Shown piece by piece: positions 36,942 to 47,123 of a stretch of DNA of 64,000 bases (positions are counted from its first letter, which is position 1; each line of letters begins with the position of its first letter). The notes under the pieces were generated by a model. It was not told where the DNA came from. It did no database searches and saw nothing but the letters and a program-made list of their open reading frames with translations. Source of the DNA: Candidatus Aminicenantes bacterium (GTDB lineage Bacteria > Acidobacteriota > Aminicenantia > Aminicenantales > JAFGBC01); NCBI GenBank assembly GCA_963702005.1, contig OY969696.1, forward strand, positions 3,296,001 through 3,360,000, given 5' to 3'. The position numbers and the translations under genes were made by a program.

Positions 36942-38120
36942 TCAGGTCAGGTTGAGGCCGCGGTGCTTGGCCGCGATCGCCTCGGCTAAATCGTCGAGCG
37001 CCCTGAACTCCTTGTCTCGCGGATAGCCCTTAGCCAAGACGGGCGGCAGTATCTCGACCTTAAGATTCGGGATGAGGGCCGCGATCTGCTCGACCGGCTT
37101 GGCTGCCCAGCCGAACGACCCGATGACCGAAGCGAACTTGAGCTTGGGCCGGAGGGCGTTGGCCAGCATCGCGGCGTAGGCGACCTGGGGATGAGCGCCG
37201 ACGTGGACGGCCGGCGTCCCGATGACGACCGTGGCCGCGTCGACCAGGCTCATCGCCAGCTTCCCGATATCGGCGCCGGCCATGTTGAACTGTTGGACCC
37301 GGACGCTCCGCTCGACGAGCGCGCCGACCAGGCGCTCGACCATCTTGGCCGTGCTGCCGTGCATGGTCACGTAGGGAATGACGACCTCGTTGCGCGGCAG
37401 GTCGGAGATCCACTCCTTGTAAGCGTCGATAATGAGCGAGGGGCGGCCGTAGACCGGGCCGTGGCTGGGGGCGATGAGGTCGATCGGCTTCGCCTCGACC
37501 TTGGCGATATTCCCCTTGATCGTCGTCCGGAAAGGCATCATGATCTCGGCGTAATAGCGCTTGGCGTCCTCGAGGACGTGGGCCTCGTCCTTGACCAAGG
37601 GCTCCGAGGTCGCCGCGTGCGAGCCGAAGAAATCGCAGCTGAATAGGATCCTGTCCTCGCGGAGGTAGCTGCACATTGTCTCCGGCCAGTGGACCCAGGG
37701 CGTATAGATGAACTCGAGGATCTTGCCGCCCAGGTCGAGCGTCTCGCCGTCCTTGACGACCCGGATGCGCCCCTCGGGAAGGTCGAGGTGGTCGATGAGC
37801 ATCGGCTTGGCCTTCTCGGAGCAGAGGACCACAGCTGTGGGATATTTCTGCAAGACCTGGGGGAGGGACCCCGAATGGTCCTGCTCGACATGATGGGAAA
37901 CGACATAGTCGATCGCGACGATCGGCTCGAGCTGTTCCATGAGGACGTGGAGCATGGTCGGCTCGACGGTGTCGATGAGAACCGTCTTGTCCCGGCCGCG
38001 GACGAGGTAGGCGTTGTAGCTCGTCCCGTCGGGGAGGGGGATCAGCGAATCGAACAGGCGCCGGTCCCAGTCCACGGCGCCCATGGCCAGGACGTTGTCG
38101 CGCAGGGGTCTCGGCTTCAT
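36942..38120 (-). CDS. fprA: Flavodiiron protein (A-type flavoprotein)
   Basis: GTSYNAYLV, HVEQDHSG, VHWPET, FSCDFFG, APSHG, flavodoxin TMHGST. Confidence 0.93.
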   Translation of the reverse strand: MKPRPLRDNVLAMGAVDWDRRLFDSLIPLPDGTSYNAYLVRGRDKTVLIDTVEPTMLHVLMEQLEPIVAIDYVVSHHVEQDHSGSLPQVLQKYPTAVVLCSEKAKPMLIDHLDLPEGRIRVVKDGETLDLGGKILEFIYTPWVHWPETMCSYLREDRILFSCDFFGSHAATSEPLVKDEAHVLEDAKRYYAEIMMPFRTTIKGNIAKVEAKPIDLIAPSHGPVYGRPSLIIDAYKEWISDLPRNEVVIPYVTMHGSTAKMVERLVGALVERSVRVQQFNMAGADIGKLAMSLVDAATVVIGTPAVHVGAHPQVAYAAMLANALRPKLKFASVIGSFGWAAKPVEQIAALIPNLKVEILPPVLAKGYPRDKEFRALDDLAEAIAAKHRGLNLT

Positions 38121-38240
38121 GGCTCGTCTCCTTGGAATCGAGATCGATCGAACGATTGATTTTACCATATCTTCTTCGGTTTTTCCGCTTGATTTTGACA
38201 TGGTCCGGGATTAACATTGAATCATCGGAAGGAAGGAACC

Positions 38241-40838
38241 ATGAGAAAAATCTTTTTAGTTGCTTTCATCCTTTCGGCTGTCTTTGCCGTCGGCGTCGGA
38301 CAGGGTCAAAAAACGGACCCGCCCGCCGTGGGCCTTGATCCGAATTTCGGGTCGCTGCCTCTGACTTTCATTCCCAACCGGGGACAGGTCGAAGCCCCGG
38401 CCCTCTTTTACGCCCGAACGTCGGCCTACACGCTTTGGCTGACCGAGTCCGCCCTGACCTTCGAATCTCGGCAAACCGCCCGGCCGCCGGCCCCCCCGCT
38501 CTCCGTCCGGGAAGCGACCCGGCTCGAGTTCGTGGGCGCCGCCCCCCATCCCGTCGTCATCGCCCAAGACCCCTCTCCCGGCGTCGCTAATTTTTTCCTA
38601 GGCAACGACCCGGCACGATGGAAGACGGGACTGACAACGTCCCGGGCCGTCCTCTACCAGGAGCTTTATAAGAATATCGACCTCAAGGTTTATGGCAGCA
38701 ACCGAACCGTCGAATACGACTGGATCGTGAGGCCGGGAGGGAACGTTCGGGACATCCGGTTCCGGATAGCGAGCGACGCTCGTCCGTCCCTCGATAAGGA
38801 CGGGAACCTCGTCCTGCGTGCCCGTCATGGAGACTGGGTCCAGCGCCGGCCGACCGCCTTTCAGGTCATCGACGGAAAGCGGAAAGAAGCGCGGGCGGAG
38901 TTCCGGATGGCCCCCGGCGGCTCGTTCGGCCTCGCCGTATCGGGCTACAATAAAGCCTATCCCTTGACGATCGACCCGGTCATTTCCCTCATGTTCTCGA
39001 CCTTCCTGGGCGGGAGCAAGAACGAGAGCGGCCGCGACCTGGCCGTCTCGGCCAACGGAAACGTCTTTGTCGCCGGCTATACCGATTCCTCCAACTTTCC
39101 GGTCAAAGCGGGCGTCAGCCTCGTCCCGGCCGGATCTCAGGACGTTTTCGTGACCAAGTTTGCCGCCTCGGGCCGGGACCTGATTTATTCCACCTACATC
39201 GGAGGCAAGGGATCCGACCGGGCCTTCGGGATCGCCCTTAAGGAAGGGACGGCCTATATCACCGGGTCCACCAACTCCCAGGACTTCCCCGTCAGGAACG
39301 CCTTCCAAAATGCCGCCGGAGGGAGCGGGGACGCCTTCGTGGTCAGGCTTCATCCCAGCGGCGGCGTCCTCGAGTATTCGACGTACTTGGGCGGAAAGGG
39401 CACGGACGCCGGACAGGACATCGCCGTGGACGGCGAGGGGGCCGCTTACGTCACGGGATTCACGTCCTCGTCCGATTTCCCGCTGGTCTCCGCGCTGGAT
39501 TCGAAGATCGCGGGCCAGGATGCTTTCGTCAGCAAGCTCGCGCCGACCGGGGCGTCCCTTGTTTATTCGACTTTCCTGGGAGGACTTGGCCAGGACGCGG
39601 GCCAGGGGATCGCCCTCAACGATCAGGGCGCGGCTTTCATCGCCGGTTCGACGACCTCCAAGGATTTTCCGGTCCAGTACGCTTATGACGGGAACTACAA
39701 CGGAAACGGGGACGCCTTCGTCACCCGCCTCTCCCCGTCCGGCCGTTCCCTGACCTATTCGACCTACCTGGGCGGCGCGAACGCCGACGTCGCCTACGGA
39801 GTCGCCTTAGATAAATCCGGGGCCGTGTATGTCACGGGCCAGACGGATTCTTCCGACTTCCCGGTCAAAAATGCCTACGACGGAACCCTAGACGGGAAAG
39901 ACGCCTTCGTGACCAAGCTCGCTCCGTCGGGGAAAAGCCTCGGTTATTCGACCTTCCTGGGAGGCGCCAAAGACGACGCCGGGCTGGGGATCGCCGTCCA
40001 GACCGACAACACGGCCTCGGTAACGGGGTTTACGCTGTCGTCCGACTTCCCGACTCTGGCCAGCATCGACAATACTTATAACGGCAACCAGGACGCCTTT
40101 CTGGCCAAAATGACTTCAAGCGGTTCCAAGATCGTCTACTCGACGTTCTTGGGCGGCAACAAGAAGGACACGGCCTACGCGGTCGCCGTCGACGCCAAAA
40201 AATTCAGCTATCTCGCGGGCGCCACCCTCTCGGATAATTTCCCGGTCCGGGCCGCCTTCGACGGGGTCTGGAACGGCGGGGAGGACGCGTTCGTCGCCAA
40301 GTTCGCCGACGTCGACATGCAAATCACGAACGTCCGCATACGCTACTTCGGAATGCCCGATGAAGTGGATGTCACCGGCCAGAACTTCGGCGATCATCAG
40401 GGCGCCAAGCGGCTCCTCTGCGACGGCGTCCCCGTTCCTCTCGACAAGACGCTCTGGTGGTCCAACAATTCGATCAGCCTGTGGACAAGCGGCTGGCTGT
40501 ATCCCGCGATCTACTGGGACCATTTCTACACCTTCGCCATCCAAGAAGGCACGACAGTCATCTCCAACACGCATACCCAGAGGTTCCTGATCCATATCGA
40601 TCAGGTGACGCCCGCTAGCGGGGCGACGGGAGCCACCATCGACATCTACGGATGGACCTTCGGGGCCACTCAGGGATCGAACGTCCTCAAGCTCGGCTCC
40701 TATACCTTCTCCATCGTCAGCTGGGGCAACACCCATATCCAAGCGCAGGTTCCGGGGAATCCCGCCGGGAGCTACAACATCTATATTCAAAGAGGGTCGG
40801 ACATCATTTCGGACCTGTATCCTTTCACGCATCTGTAA
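38241..40838 (+). CDS. Secreted SBBP beta-propeller repeat protein with C-terminal IPT/TIG domains
   Basis: Same architecture as the 34825 gene plus GxNFG/GxTFG..W Ig-like units. Confidence 0.88.
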   Translation: MRKIFLVAFILSAVFAVGVGQGQKTDPPAVGLDPNFGSLPLTFIPNRGQVEAPALFYARTSAYTLWLTESALTFESRQTARPPAPPLSVREATRLEFVGAAPHPVVIAQDPSPGVANFFLGNDPARWKTGLTTSRAVLYQELYKNIDLKVYGSNRTVEYDWIVRPGGNVRDIRFRIASDARPSLDKDGNLVLRARHGDWVQRRPTAFQVIDGKRKEARAEFRMAPGGSFGLAVSGYNKAYPLTIDPVISLMFSTFLGGSKNESGRDLAVSANGNVFVAGYTDSSNFPVKAGVSLVPAGSQDVFVTKFAASGRDLIYSTYIGGKGSDRAFGIALKEGTAYITGSTNSQDFPVRNAFQNAAGGSGDAFVVRLHPSGGVLEYSTYLGGKGTDAGQDIAVDGEGAAYVTGFTSSSDFPLVSALDSKIAGQDAFVSKLAPTGASLVYSTFLGGLGQDAGQGIALNDQGAAFIAGSTTSKDFPVQYAYDGNYNGNGDAFVTRLSPSGRSLTYSTYLGGANADVAYGVALDKSGAVYVTGQTDSSDFPVKNAYDGTLDGKDAFVTKLAPSGKSLGYSTFLGGAKDDAGLGIAVQTDNTASVTGFTLSSDFPTLASIDNTYNGNQDAFLAKMTSSGSKIVYSTFLGGNKKDTAYAVAVDAKKFSYLAGATLSDNFPVRAAFDGVWNGGEDAFVAKFADVDMQITNVRIRYFGMPDEVDVTGQNFGDHQGAKRLLCDGVPVPLDKTLWWSNNSISLWTSGWLYPAIYWDHFYTFAIQEGTTVISNTHTQRFLIHIDQVTPASGATGATIDIYGWTFGATQGSNVLKLGSYTFSIVSWGNTHIQAQVPGNPAGSYNIYIQRGSDIISDLYPFTHL

Positions 40839-40963
40839 CGGGCGGATCGGCCTCGGGAAGGGGACGCTTCCCCTTCCGCGGCGGCGCCCGCGCTCGCGCT
40901 CAAGGGTTCGGGCCGGGTTCGGCCGGCCTCTTTAAATTTTTTTCGCGCCTAAGCATATCCTGT

Positions 40964-40992
40964 GCCAACCCGGTCATCCCGGCCTCCGTCTA
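40964..40992 (+). promoter_or_regulatory. Putative ECF autoregulatory promoter (GCCAAC-17-CGTCTA)
   Basis: AAC/CGT consensus of ECF promoters, just upstream of the ECF gene. Confidence 0.55.
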
Positions 40993-41010
40993 AAAGAATA
41001 TGGAGTCGAA

Positions 41011-41613
41011 ATGAACCCTGGCGATGATGCCCTTCTGGCCGACCGGCTGTCCCGGGGCGATCCCGCCGCCTTCAGGGAGTTCCTCGAAAGCCATAAGAAG
41101 CCCGTCTACGGCCTGGCTTACAGGATGACGGGAAACCATGCCGACGCCGAGGATATCTCCCAGGAGGTGTTCGTGAAAATCTTCCGGTCGATCGGGACCT
41201 TCGACAAGACCGCTAAGCTGAGTTCCTGGGTGTACCGGATCACCGCGAACGCCGCCATCGACCACCTCAGGCGTAAGCGGCTGGTTCCTGCCGATTACAG
41301 GAAAGTCAGGATCGACGACCCGGCCCAGTTCGCGGCCCGCTGGGAGGTCGTCTCGGGACGGAACCCGGCCCGGGAGGCCGAATCCCGGCTGCTGGGCCTG
41401 AGAATCGAGAGCGCCTTGAAGGCCGTCTCCGAGAGGGAAAGGGCCGCCTTCATCCTGCGGCACTACCATGACCTTGACCTCAAGGAGATCGCCGAAACCT
41501 TGGGGGTCAGCCCGGGCGCCGTCAAGAGCTACCTGTTCAGGGCCATCCGGAAACTCCAGAAAACGCTGGGATCGATCGATTCCACCCGGACGACGGAGGC
41601 CGCCCATGATTAA
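41011..41613 (+). CDS. ECF sigma factor
   Basis: DAEDISQEVF, SSWVYRITAN, GAVKSYLFRA. Confidence 0.93.
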   Translation: MNPGDDALLADRLSRGDPAAFREFLESHKKPVYGLAYRMTGNHADAEDISQEVFVKIFRSIGTFDKTAKLSSWVYRITANAAIDHLRRKRLVPADYRKVRIDDPAQFAARWEVVSGRNPAREAESRLLGLRIESALKAVSERERAAFILRHYHDLDLKEIAETLGVSPGAVKSYLFRAIRKLQKTLGSIDSTRTTEAAHD

Positions 41614-42463
41614 ATGCCTTTGGTTCAAGAAACGGTTTGTCGAAGCCCTCTACGGAAAACTTCCCCCCCGGGACCGGAAAGCCCTTGAGGACCATCTTTC
41701 CTCGTGTCCGAAGTGCGCCGCCGAATACGAGGCCGCCGCCCGGACCTTGAAAATCATGGACCGGCACGAAGTTCCCGATCCCGGGCCGGAGTTCTGGGAC
41801 GGCTATTGGACGGGTTTTGAACGCCGCCTCGAGCGCGAGCGACGGGGCGGTCCGATTCCCGCCGCGGCGAAAACAGCCGGCCGAGGCTTTCTGAGCTTCG
41901 TCCCCAAGTGGGCTTGGACGGCGGCGTCGGCGGTCGTCCTTCTTGCCGCTGGGGCGGCCATCGGCCGCTTCTTCCTGGGCCGACCCGTCTCGACCGTCCC
42001 GAGGGCTTCCCAGGATAAGGGGGGCTTCGTATCCTATGCCTCCCACGACGCGCTGATCGACGGCGCCTCCCGCTACCTCGACCGGTCAAAGGTCCTTCTG
42101 ATCGCCCTCGTCAACCGGGACGCCGCCGACGACCCCGCCGCCCTGGACCTCGTCCGCCAAAAAAGAGTTTCGGACCAGCTGATCAAAGAAGCGGCTGTCC
42201 TGAAAAGAGGCCTGGAACAAAGCGCGGGGCCGGAGGACCGGCGGCTGGCCCGGCTGATCTCCGACCTGGAGGTCATCCTTCTCCAGATCGCCAACCTCGA
42301 ATCAAAGAGCGATTCATCGGCCGTCGACATCATCAAACTCGGCGTCCAGAATCAGGGGCTCATCTTCCAGATCAACCTCAGCCAAATGCGGCTGGACAAA
42401 ACCGCCGGCGCCGGGAGCCGGGGCGGCGGATCCGCCTTTCCCAAGGTCAAATCGGCCGTCTAA
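41606..42463 (+). CDS. Zinc-finger (zf-HC2) anti-sigma factor
   Basis: HLSSCPKC, single TM. Confidence 0.85.
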   Translation: MIKCLWFKKRFVEALYGKLPPRDRKALEDHLSSCPKCAAEYEAAARTLKIMDRHEVPDPGPEFWDGYWTGFERRLERERRGGPIPAAAKTAGRGFLSFVPKWAWTAASAVVLLAAGAAIGRFFLGRPVSTVPRASQDKGGFVSYASHDALIDGASRYLDRSKVLLIALVNRDAADDPAALDLVRQKRVSDQLIKEAAVLKRGLEQSAGPEDRRLARLISDLEVILLQIANLESKSDSSAVDIIKLGVQNQGLIFQINLSQMRLDKTAGAGSRGGGSAFPKVKSAV

Positions 42464-42487
42464 ATCATGAATAAACGGAGGTCATCC

Positions 42488-44110
42488 ATGTTTCGCAATG
42501 CCGTCAAGCATCTTTTCGGAATCGCCCTTCTGGCCGGACTCGGCCTGGGGCTGTCCGCGGCCGTCCGGCCCGTCCCCGGCCCGGCCCCGGCCGACATCCA
42601 GACCGACGACGCCAAGGCCTACCAGCAGGCCTACAATTTCATCCTGGCCGAGAAATGGACCGAGGCCGAGAAGGCCCTCGCCGACTTCCTCAAGGCCTAT
42701 CCCGAAAGCCGCTGGAACGACGATGCCCGTTATTGGCAGTGCTATCTCCTGGAAAAGAAGGGCGCCTCGCAGGAGGCCGCCTTCAAGTGCTACAAGTCGT
42801 TCATCGACGACAATCCTTCCAGCGAATGGGCGGACGACGCCCGGGCCAACCTGGTCCGGATCGGCCGCACCCTGGCCGCGGCCGGCCGCCACGAGTATGA
42901 GGCCGTCATCGAATCCATGCAGAAAGACGAGGACGAAGAGGTCGCCCTGGCCGCCCTCTACGCCCTGGCCGACCGGAACGACGAAAAGGCCCGGGAGACG
43001 ATCATCGGCCTTTACGACCAAAGCACGAGCCGGCGGGTCCGTTCCGAGATCGCCCGCATCCTGGCCGAGGATGAATCCTCCCAGGCCCTGGCCAAGCTCA
43101 AAGAAATCATCCTCAAGGAGCTCGACGAGGAGATCCGCCGCGACGCCGTTGAAGCGCTGGGGGACCGCCGGGATTCCTCGGATTTCCTCCGTCAGATCGC
43201 CGCTTCCCCACGAGACCGCGAAACCCAGGAAGCGGCCATTCGCGTCCTGGCCGATCAGAACGATCCTCAAGTCATTCCCATCATCAAGAAGCTGGCCACC
43301 GGCGCCGACCCCTCAGCGGAGACCCAGGTCGCGCTCGCCCAGGAGGCCGTCGAGGCTTTGGGCGAGATGAAGGGCCCGGACTCGCTGGAGGCCCTCTCCC
43401 AGATTTTCAAGGATGTCAAAACGACCGAAATCCGCGAGGCCGCCCTGGAGGGGCTGGCCGAGCGAAAGGACGGGCTGAGCCTGACCGCGCTGCGCGATCT
43501 GGCACTGGCCGACCCGGACGAAACGATCCGGAGCCGGGCCGTCGGCTTCATCGCCGAACGCAAGGGAGCGGAGGCCTTCGCCGCTCTTAAGGACATCTTC
43601 CAGAAAGCCAAGGAGGAAGACCTGCGCAGCTCCGCCCTGGACGCCATCGCCGAACTGGGCGGGGCGGGAGCCGTCGACTTCCTTCTCGACATCTCCATCA
43701 ACCAACCCGACGATAAGATCGCTCGCGAGGCCGTCTCCGCCCTGGGCGGCCTGGAGAAGGCGGACAAGGAAAAGCTCTACGTCGAGATCTACCGGAAAGC
43801 GAAATCGGCGGAGGCCAAGCGAGAAGCCATCTCCGACCTGATCGACGAAAAGAAGGAACAAGCCATCGACTTCATCCGCGGCCTCCTCAAGGACGAGCCG
43901 GATCCGGCTTTGCGCGAGACGGCCGTCGACGCCTTGGGCGAGATCAAGACCGACGCTTCGGTGGCCATCCTGCTGAACGTGGCCAAGAACGACAAAGACC
44001 TCTCGGTCCGGACGGCGGCCGTCGCCTCGCTGGGGGAGATCAAAACTCCCAAAGCCCGCGAGGCCCTGATGGAGATCCTCAGGAATAAAAACTCCGACGG
44101 CGCCCTCTGA
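42488..44110 (+). CDS. Exported TPR + HEAT-repeat protein
   Basis: Signal peptide, YPESRWNDDARYW TPR, many R..AV.ALG HEAT repeats. Confidence 0.85.
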   Translation: MFRNAVKHLFGIALLAGLGLGLSAAVRPVPGPAPADIQTDDAKAYQQAYNFILAEKWTEAEKALADFLKAYPESRWNDDARYWQCYLLEKKGASQEAAFKCYKSFIDDNPSSEWADDARANLVRIGRTLAAAGRHEYEAVIESMQKDEDEEVALAALYALADRNDEKARETIIGLYDQSTSRRVRSEIARILAEDESSQALAKLKEIILKELDEEIRRDAVEALGDRRDSSDFLRQIAASPRDRETQEAAIRVLADQNDPQVIPIIKKLATGADPSAETQVALAQEAVEALGEMKGPDSLEALSQIFKDVKTTEIREAALEGLAERKDGLSLTALRDLALADPDETIRSRAVGFIAERKGAEAFAALKDIFQKAKEEDLRSSALDAIAELGGAGAVDFLLDISINQPDDKIAREAVSALGGLEKADKEKLYVEIYRKAKSAEAKREAISDLIDEKKEQAIDFIRGLLKDEPDPALRETAVDALGEIKTDASVAILLNVAKNDKDLSVRTAAVASLGEIKTPKAREALMEILRNKNSDGAL

Positions 44111-44121
44111 GGGAGGGATCC

Positions 44122-45276
44122 GTGCTCCGTCGCTCCCTGTTTCCGATTCTGGGGGGCGTGCTCCTCACGGCGCTGGTGGCGGTCGAGGCCGCCCCCAGCG
44201 CCTCCCTTGTCCTGCGGCATCCTCGCCCGGAATCCCCGCTCCCGGAACGGATCGTTTGGGCCGTCGCTGAAGCCAAACGGCTTTCCCTCAAGGACGGATT
44301 CTGGATCGCCTACAGCTTCCGCCGGCTCATGGGCGCGCGCTCCTTCATCGGCCGTTTCGAAAGTTGGCCGCGGCGGGACCGGCCGACGCTTGAAGCGCTC
44401 ATCTCCCCCTCCCCGCCTCCGGCGAAGCCCGTCCCGGACGAAGAGGTTGTCAGGCGGGCGGCCGAGGAAGCCCTGGCCCGGTCCCGCCCGGGGCGGGGTC
44501 CCGAGAGGAAAATTTGGAAGGACCTGGGCGTTTTGATGAAATATCATTCTTCCGCTGACGGGGGTCCGGTCGAAGTCTCGCTCGGCAATCTCTCGCTTCG
44601 CTTCGACCTGGAGGGCCTTCCCTTGTTCTGGCTGGGCCCCGCCCGGGACGATGACAGCGTTTTATATCTTACCGGACTCTACGACCGGATGCCCAGCGCC
44701 GCGTTGAGAGGGGACGTCCTCGACGCGATCGGACTTCATGACAGTCCGGACTTGGTCGTTCCGTTCCTGGATAAGGTCCTCAACGGCCCGGGGCGGGACG
44801 CGTTGCGCGGGGAGGCGGCTTCCTATCTGGGCGAGCAGCGCGACGAGCGGGCCGTCGTCATCCTGAAAAGGGCGGCCCGGACCGACCCTTCGGCCGAGGT
44901 CCGCAGCCAGGCCTTATCGGGACTCGCGGAGTCGGAGATGGAATCGGCCGAGGACGTCGTCATCGATATCGCGCTCCACGCCGGGAATAGGCGTCTCCGC
45001 GAGGACGCCCTTTCAGCGCTTGCCGAAATCGCCTCCCGCAAGGCCGTGACGGCGCTGGACGAAGTCAGCCGCGACGACCCGGACAGTGAAGTCCAGGAGA
45101 GCGCCGTGGACGCCCTGTCCGAGCTTCCGGCGGACGAAGGGTTGCCGCTCATCATCTCGATCGCCAAGACCCATTCCAATCCCGCCGTCAGGAAGGCCGC
45201 CATTCGCGCGCTGGGCGAAAGCGGCGACATCCGGGCCCTGGAAACGCTGATTGTCCTCGTCAAAGGCCGGTCATAA
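44122..45276 (+). CDS. Exported HEAT-repeat protein
   Basis: Signal peptide, C-terminal HEAT repeats (VRKAAIRALG). Confidence 0.8.
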   Translation: MLRRSLFPILGGVLLTALVAVEAAPSASLVLRHPRPESPLPERIVWAVAEAKRLSLKDGFWIAYSFRRLMGARSFIGRFESWPRRDRPTLEALISPSPPPAKPVPDEEVVRRAAEEALARSRPGRGPERKIWKDLGVLMKYHSSADGGPVEVSLGNLSLRFDLEGLPLFWLGPARDDDSVLYLTGLYDRMPSAALRGDVLDAIGLHDSPDLVVPFLDKVLNGPGRDALRGEAASYLGEQRDERAVVILKRAARTDPSAEVRSQALSGLAESEMESAEDVVIDIALHAGNRRLREDALSALAEIASRKAVTALDEVSRDDPDSEVQESAVDALSELPADEGLPLIISIAKTHSNPAVRKAAIRALGESGDIRALETLIVLVKGRS

Positions 45277-45277
45277 T

Positions 45278-46558
45278 CTAGAACACGCCATCATCCGGCG
45301 GAGACGGGGGGGATGAGCCGGGCTTGAAAAACCTCGGGACGTGCGGGTTGAGTCCGATCAGCCACCGATAGTCGGACAGGCCGGTCTTTTCGGCAAGCGC
45401 GTCCGCCGCGACGCCCGTTTCTTTCCTGTTGTCGATGAGGACAACTTCGTCTCCGATTCGAACCGACCGGTCGTCTCCGAGATCGACCATGATGTGGTTC
45501 GAGGTCACGGCGGGAAGGACGGGATAGGTCCTCTCCCCGATCAGGACGGCGCCCTTGCCGCCCGCCCCGGGCGGATATCCGTCCGAGTAGCCGATCCCGA
45601 CCGTGGCAACGCGCATCGGCCTTTCGGCTTTATAAACGCGGAGATAGGAGATCGTCTCGCCGACCGCCAGGTCGTTGATGAAGGTCACCCGGGCCGTCAG
45701 CCGCAGCGCGGGCCTCAGCCCGAGGGCGTCCTCTTTGCGCGTCCGGGCGTTGGGATAGTATCCATAGAGCGTGATGCCGGGCCTGATCATATCGAGACTG
45801 AACTCGGAGCCGGCGAAGAGGGCGGCGCTGCTGGCCGCATGCCGGAGACCGACGTCGATCCCCCGCTTCTCGGCCATCGCGCAGACGTCCAAAAATCGCC
45901 GGAGCTGCTCTCGGTCGAACTCGGGATCTTCCGTGAAAACCGTCGAGACGCCCTTGATCTTGACGTGGTCGAGGCGGGCGGTTTTTTCGACATAGGGAAA
46001 GGCCCTGTCCCAGGGGATTCCGAAGCGATTCATGCCGGTGTCGATATGGACATCGACCGAAGCGGTTCGGCCGGCTCGGGCCGCTTCTTCCTCGAGGAAG
46101 AGGACGTCGTCGGTCGAAACGGACTGGGTGATGCCGTTCCGGACGATCTCCGGCGCGTCGGCCGGGCCGATCGGGCCGAAGTTCAACACGGGACAGCGGA
46201 CGCCGTTTTCGCGGAGCCGGAGGGCTTCATCCAGCTTCCCGACCATCAAGGCCTCCGCTCCGCGGCGCTCGAGATAAGCCCCCACTTCGACGAGACCATG
46301 GCCATAGGCGTTGGCCTTCACCACGGCCATAATCGGAACATTCGCCTTACTCCTGACCCGGCCGAGGTTCCAGCCGATAAGTCCGAGGTCGACCTCGATC
46401 CGGGGATCCAGGCTTCCACGGCCGTAGGTCCGGCCGGGCTCAGGCGGAAATTCGGGGCTTCGGGAAGGGAGGGACCCGGCCCGTCGCGGTCCCCGCAGCG
46501 CCCAGGCCGATCCCAAGCCTCCCGTTCCCAGGGCCTCGAAGAACGCCCGCCTTTTCAT
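45278..46558 (-). CDS. alr: Alanine racemase-family enzyme with twin-arginine signal peptide
   Basis: AVVKANAYGHG, HIDTGMNRFG, RPGITLYG, GETISY, GYSDG; N-terminal MKRRAFF. Confidence 0.88.
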   Translation of the reverse strand: MKRRAFFEALGTGGLGSAWALRGPRRAGSLPSRSPEFPPEPGRTYGRGSLDPRIEVDLGLIGWNLGRVRSKANVPIMAVVKANAYGHGLVEVGAYLERRGAEALMVGKLDEALRLRENGVRCPVLNFGPIGPADAPEIVRNGITQSVSTDDVLFLEEEAARAGRTASVDVHIDTGMNRFGIPWDRAFPYVEKTARLDHVKIKGVSTVFTEDPEFDREQLRRFLDVCAMAEKRGIDVGLRHAASSAALFAGSEFSLDMIRPGITLYGYYPNARTRKEDALGLRPALRLTARVTFINDLAVGETISYLRVYKAERPMRVATVGIGYSDGYPPGAGGKGAVLIGERTYPVLPAVTSNHIMVDLGDDRSVRIGDEVVLIDNRKETGVAADALAEKTGLSDYRWLIGLNPHVPRFFKPGSSPPSPPDDGVF

Positions 46559-46575
46559 GCGCTATATTCCTCTCG

Positions 46576-47100
46576 TCAGCGGGGCCGCTTGACGAGCCGG
46601 ATGTCGTCGATCCAGACCGTTCCCTTGCCCTGGATGGTCAGATAGAGATTGACCCGGTCCGGATTCTCGCCCTTGTTGAGGTTGAAGATGGCCTCGGCCG
46701 CTTTCCAGCCGGTCGTCCCGGTCACGGTCTTGTGGAGGCCGCGCGAGAAATATTCGCCCTTTCCCGGGAAACCGACCCACATCTCGAGGAAAGCTTGTCC
46801 TTCGAGTTTCTCGGCGCGGAGCTTGGCCTTGTAGACGAGGATGGCGTTCTCGACGTCGATATCGCCGATCTTATAGAGCTGGACGAATCCCGGGAGATCG
46901 GCCTTGATCCTGAGCGAACCCTTGCCGTCGCTCGAGGCGTTCCGGTCGAACTCGACCCCGTAGGGCGCGACGACGCCTTCAAGGCTGTCGGCGGGAAAGC
47001 GCATGAGCTCCTTTTCAAATAATCGAGGGAGGTCGGCGCAAAAGGCCAAGCAGACGATGGCGGTCAGCGTACCCCCCCATGCGGCCAAACGATTTCCCAT
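46576..47100 (-). CDS. Exported beta-sandwich protein of unknown function
   Basis: GGAGG RBS before MGNRL; signal peptide; GKGSLRI, GTVWIDDIRL (CBM-like). Confidence 0.65.
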   Translation of the reverse strand: MGNRLAAWGGTLTAIVCLAFCADLPRLFEKELMRFPADSLEGVVAPYGVEFDRNASSDGKGSLRIKADLPGFVQLYKIGDIDVENAILVYKAKLRAEKLEGQAFLEMWVGFPGKGEYFSRGLHKTVTGTTGWKAAEAIFNLNKGENPDRVNLYLTIQGKGTVWIDDIRLVKRPR

Positions 47101-47123
47101 GGCGAGCCTCCTTGGCGATCCGT

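Noticed and set aside
34825-40838. Internal repeats of the two SBBP genes as a DGR template/variable pair
   Set aside because: They are degenerate protein-level propeller repeats; no reverse transcriptase, and no adenine-specific mismatch pair seen.
40856-40877. Hairpin GGAAGGGGA-cgct-TCCCCTTCC as an intrinsic terminator
   Set aside because: No U-tract follows, so it cannot be supported as a terminator.
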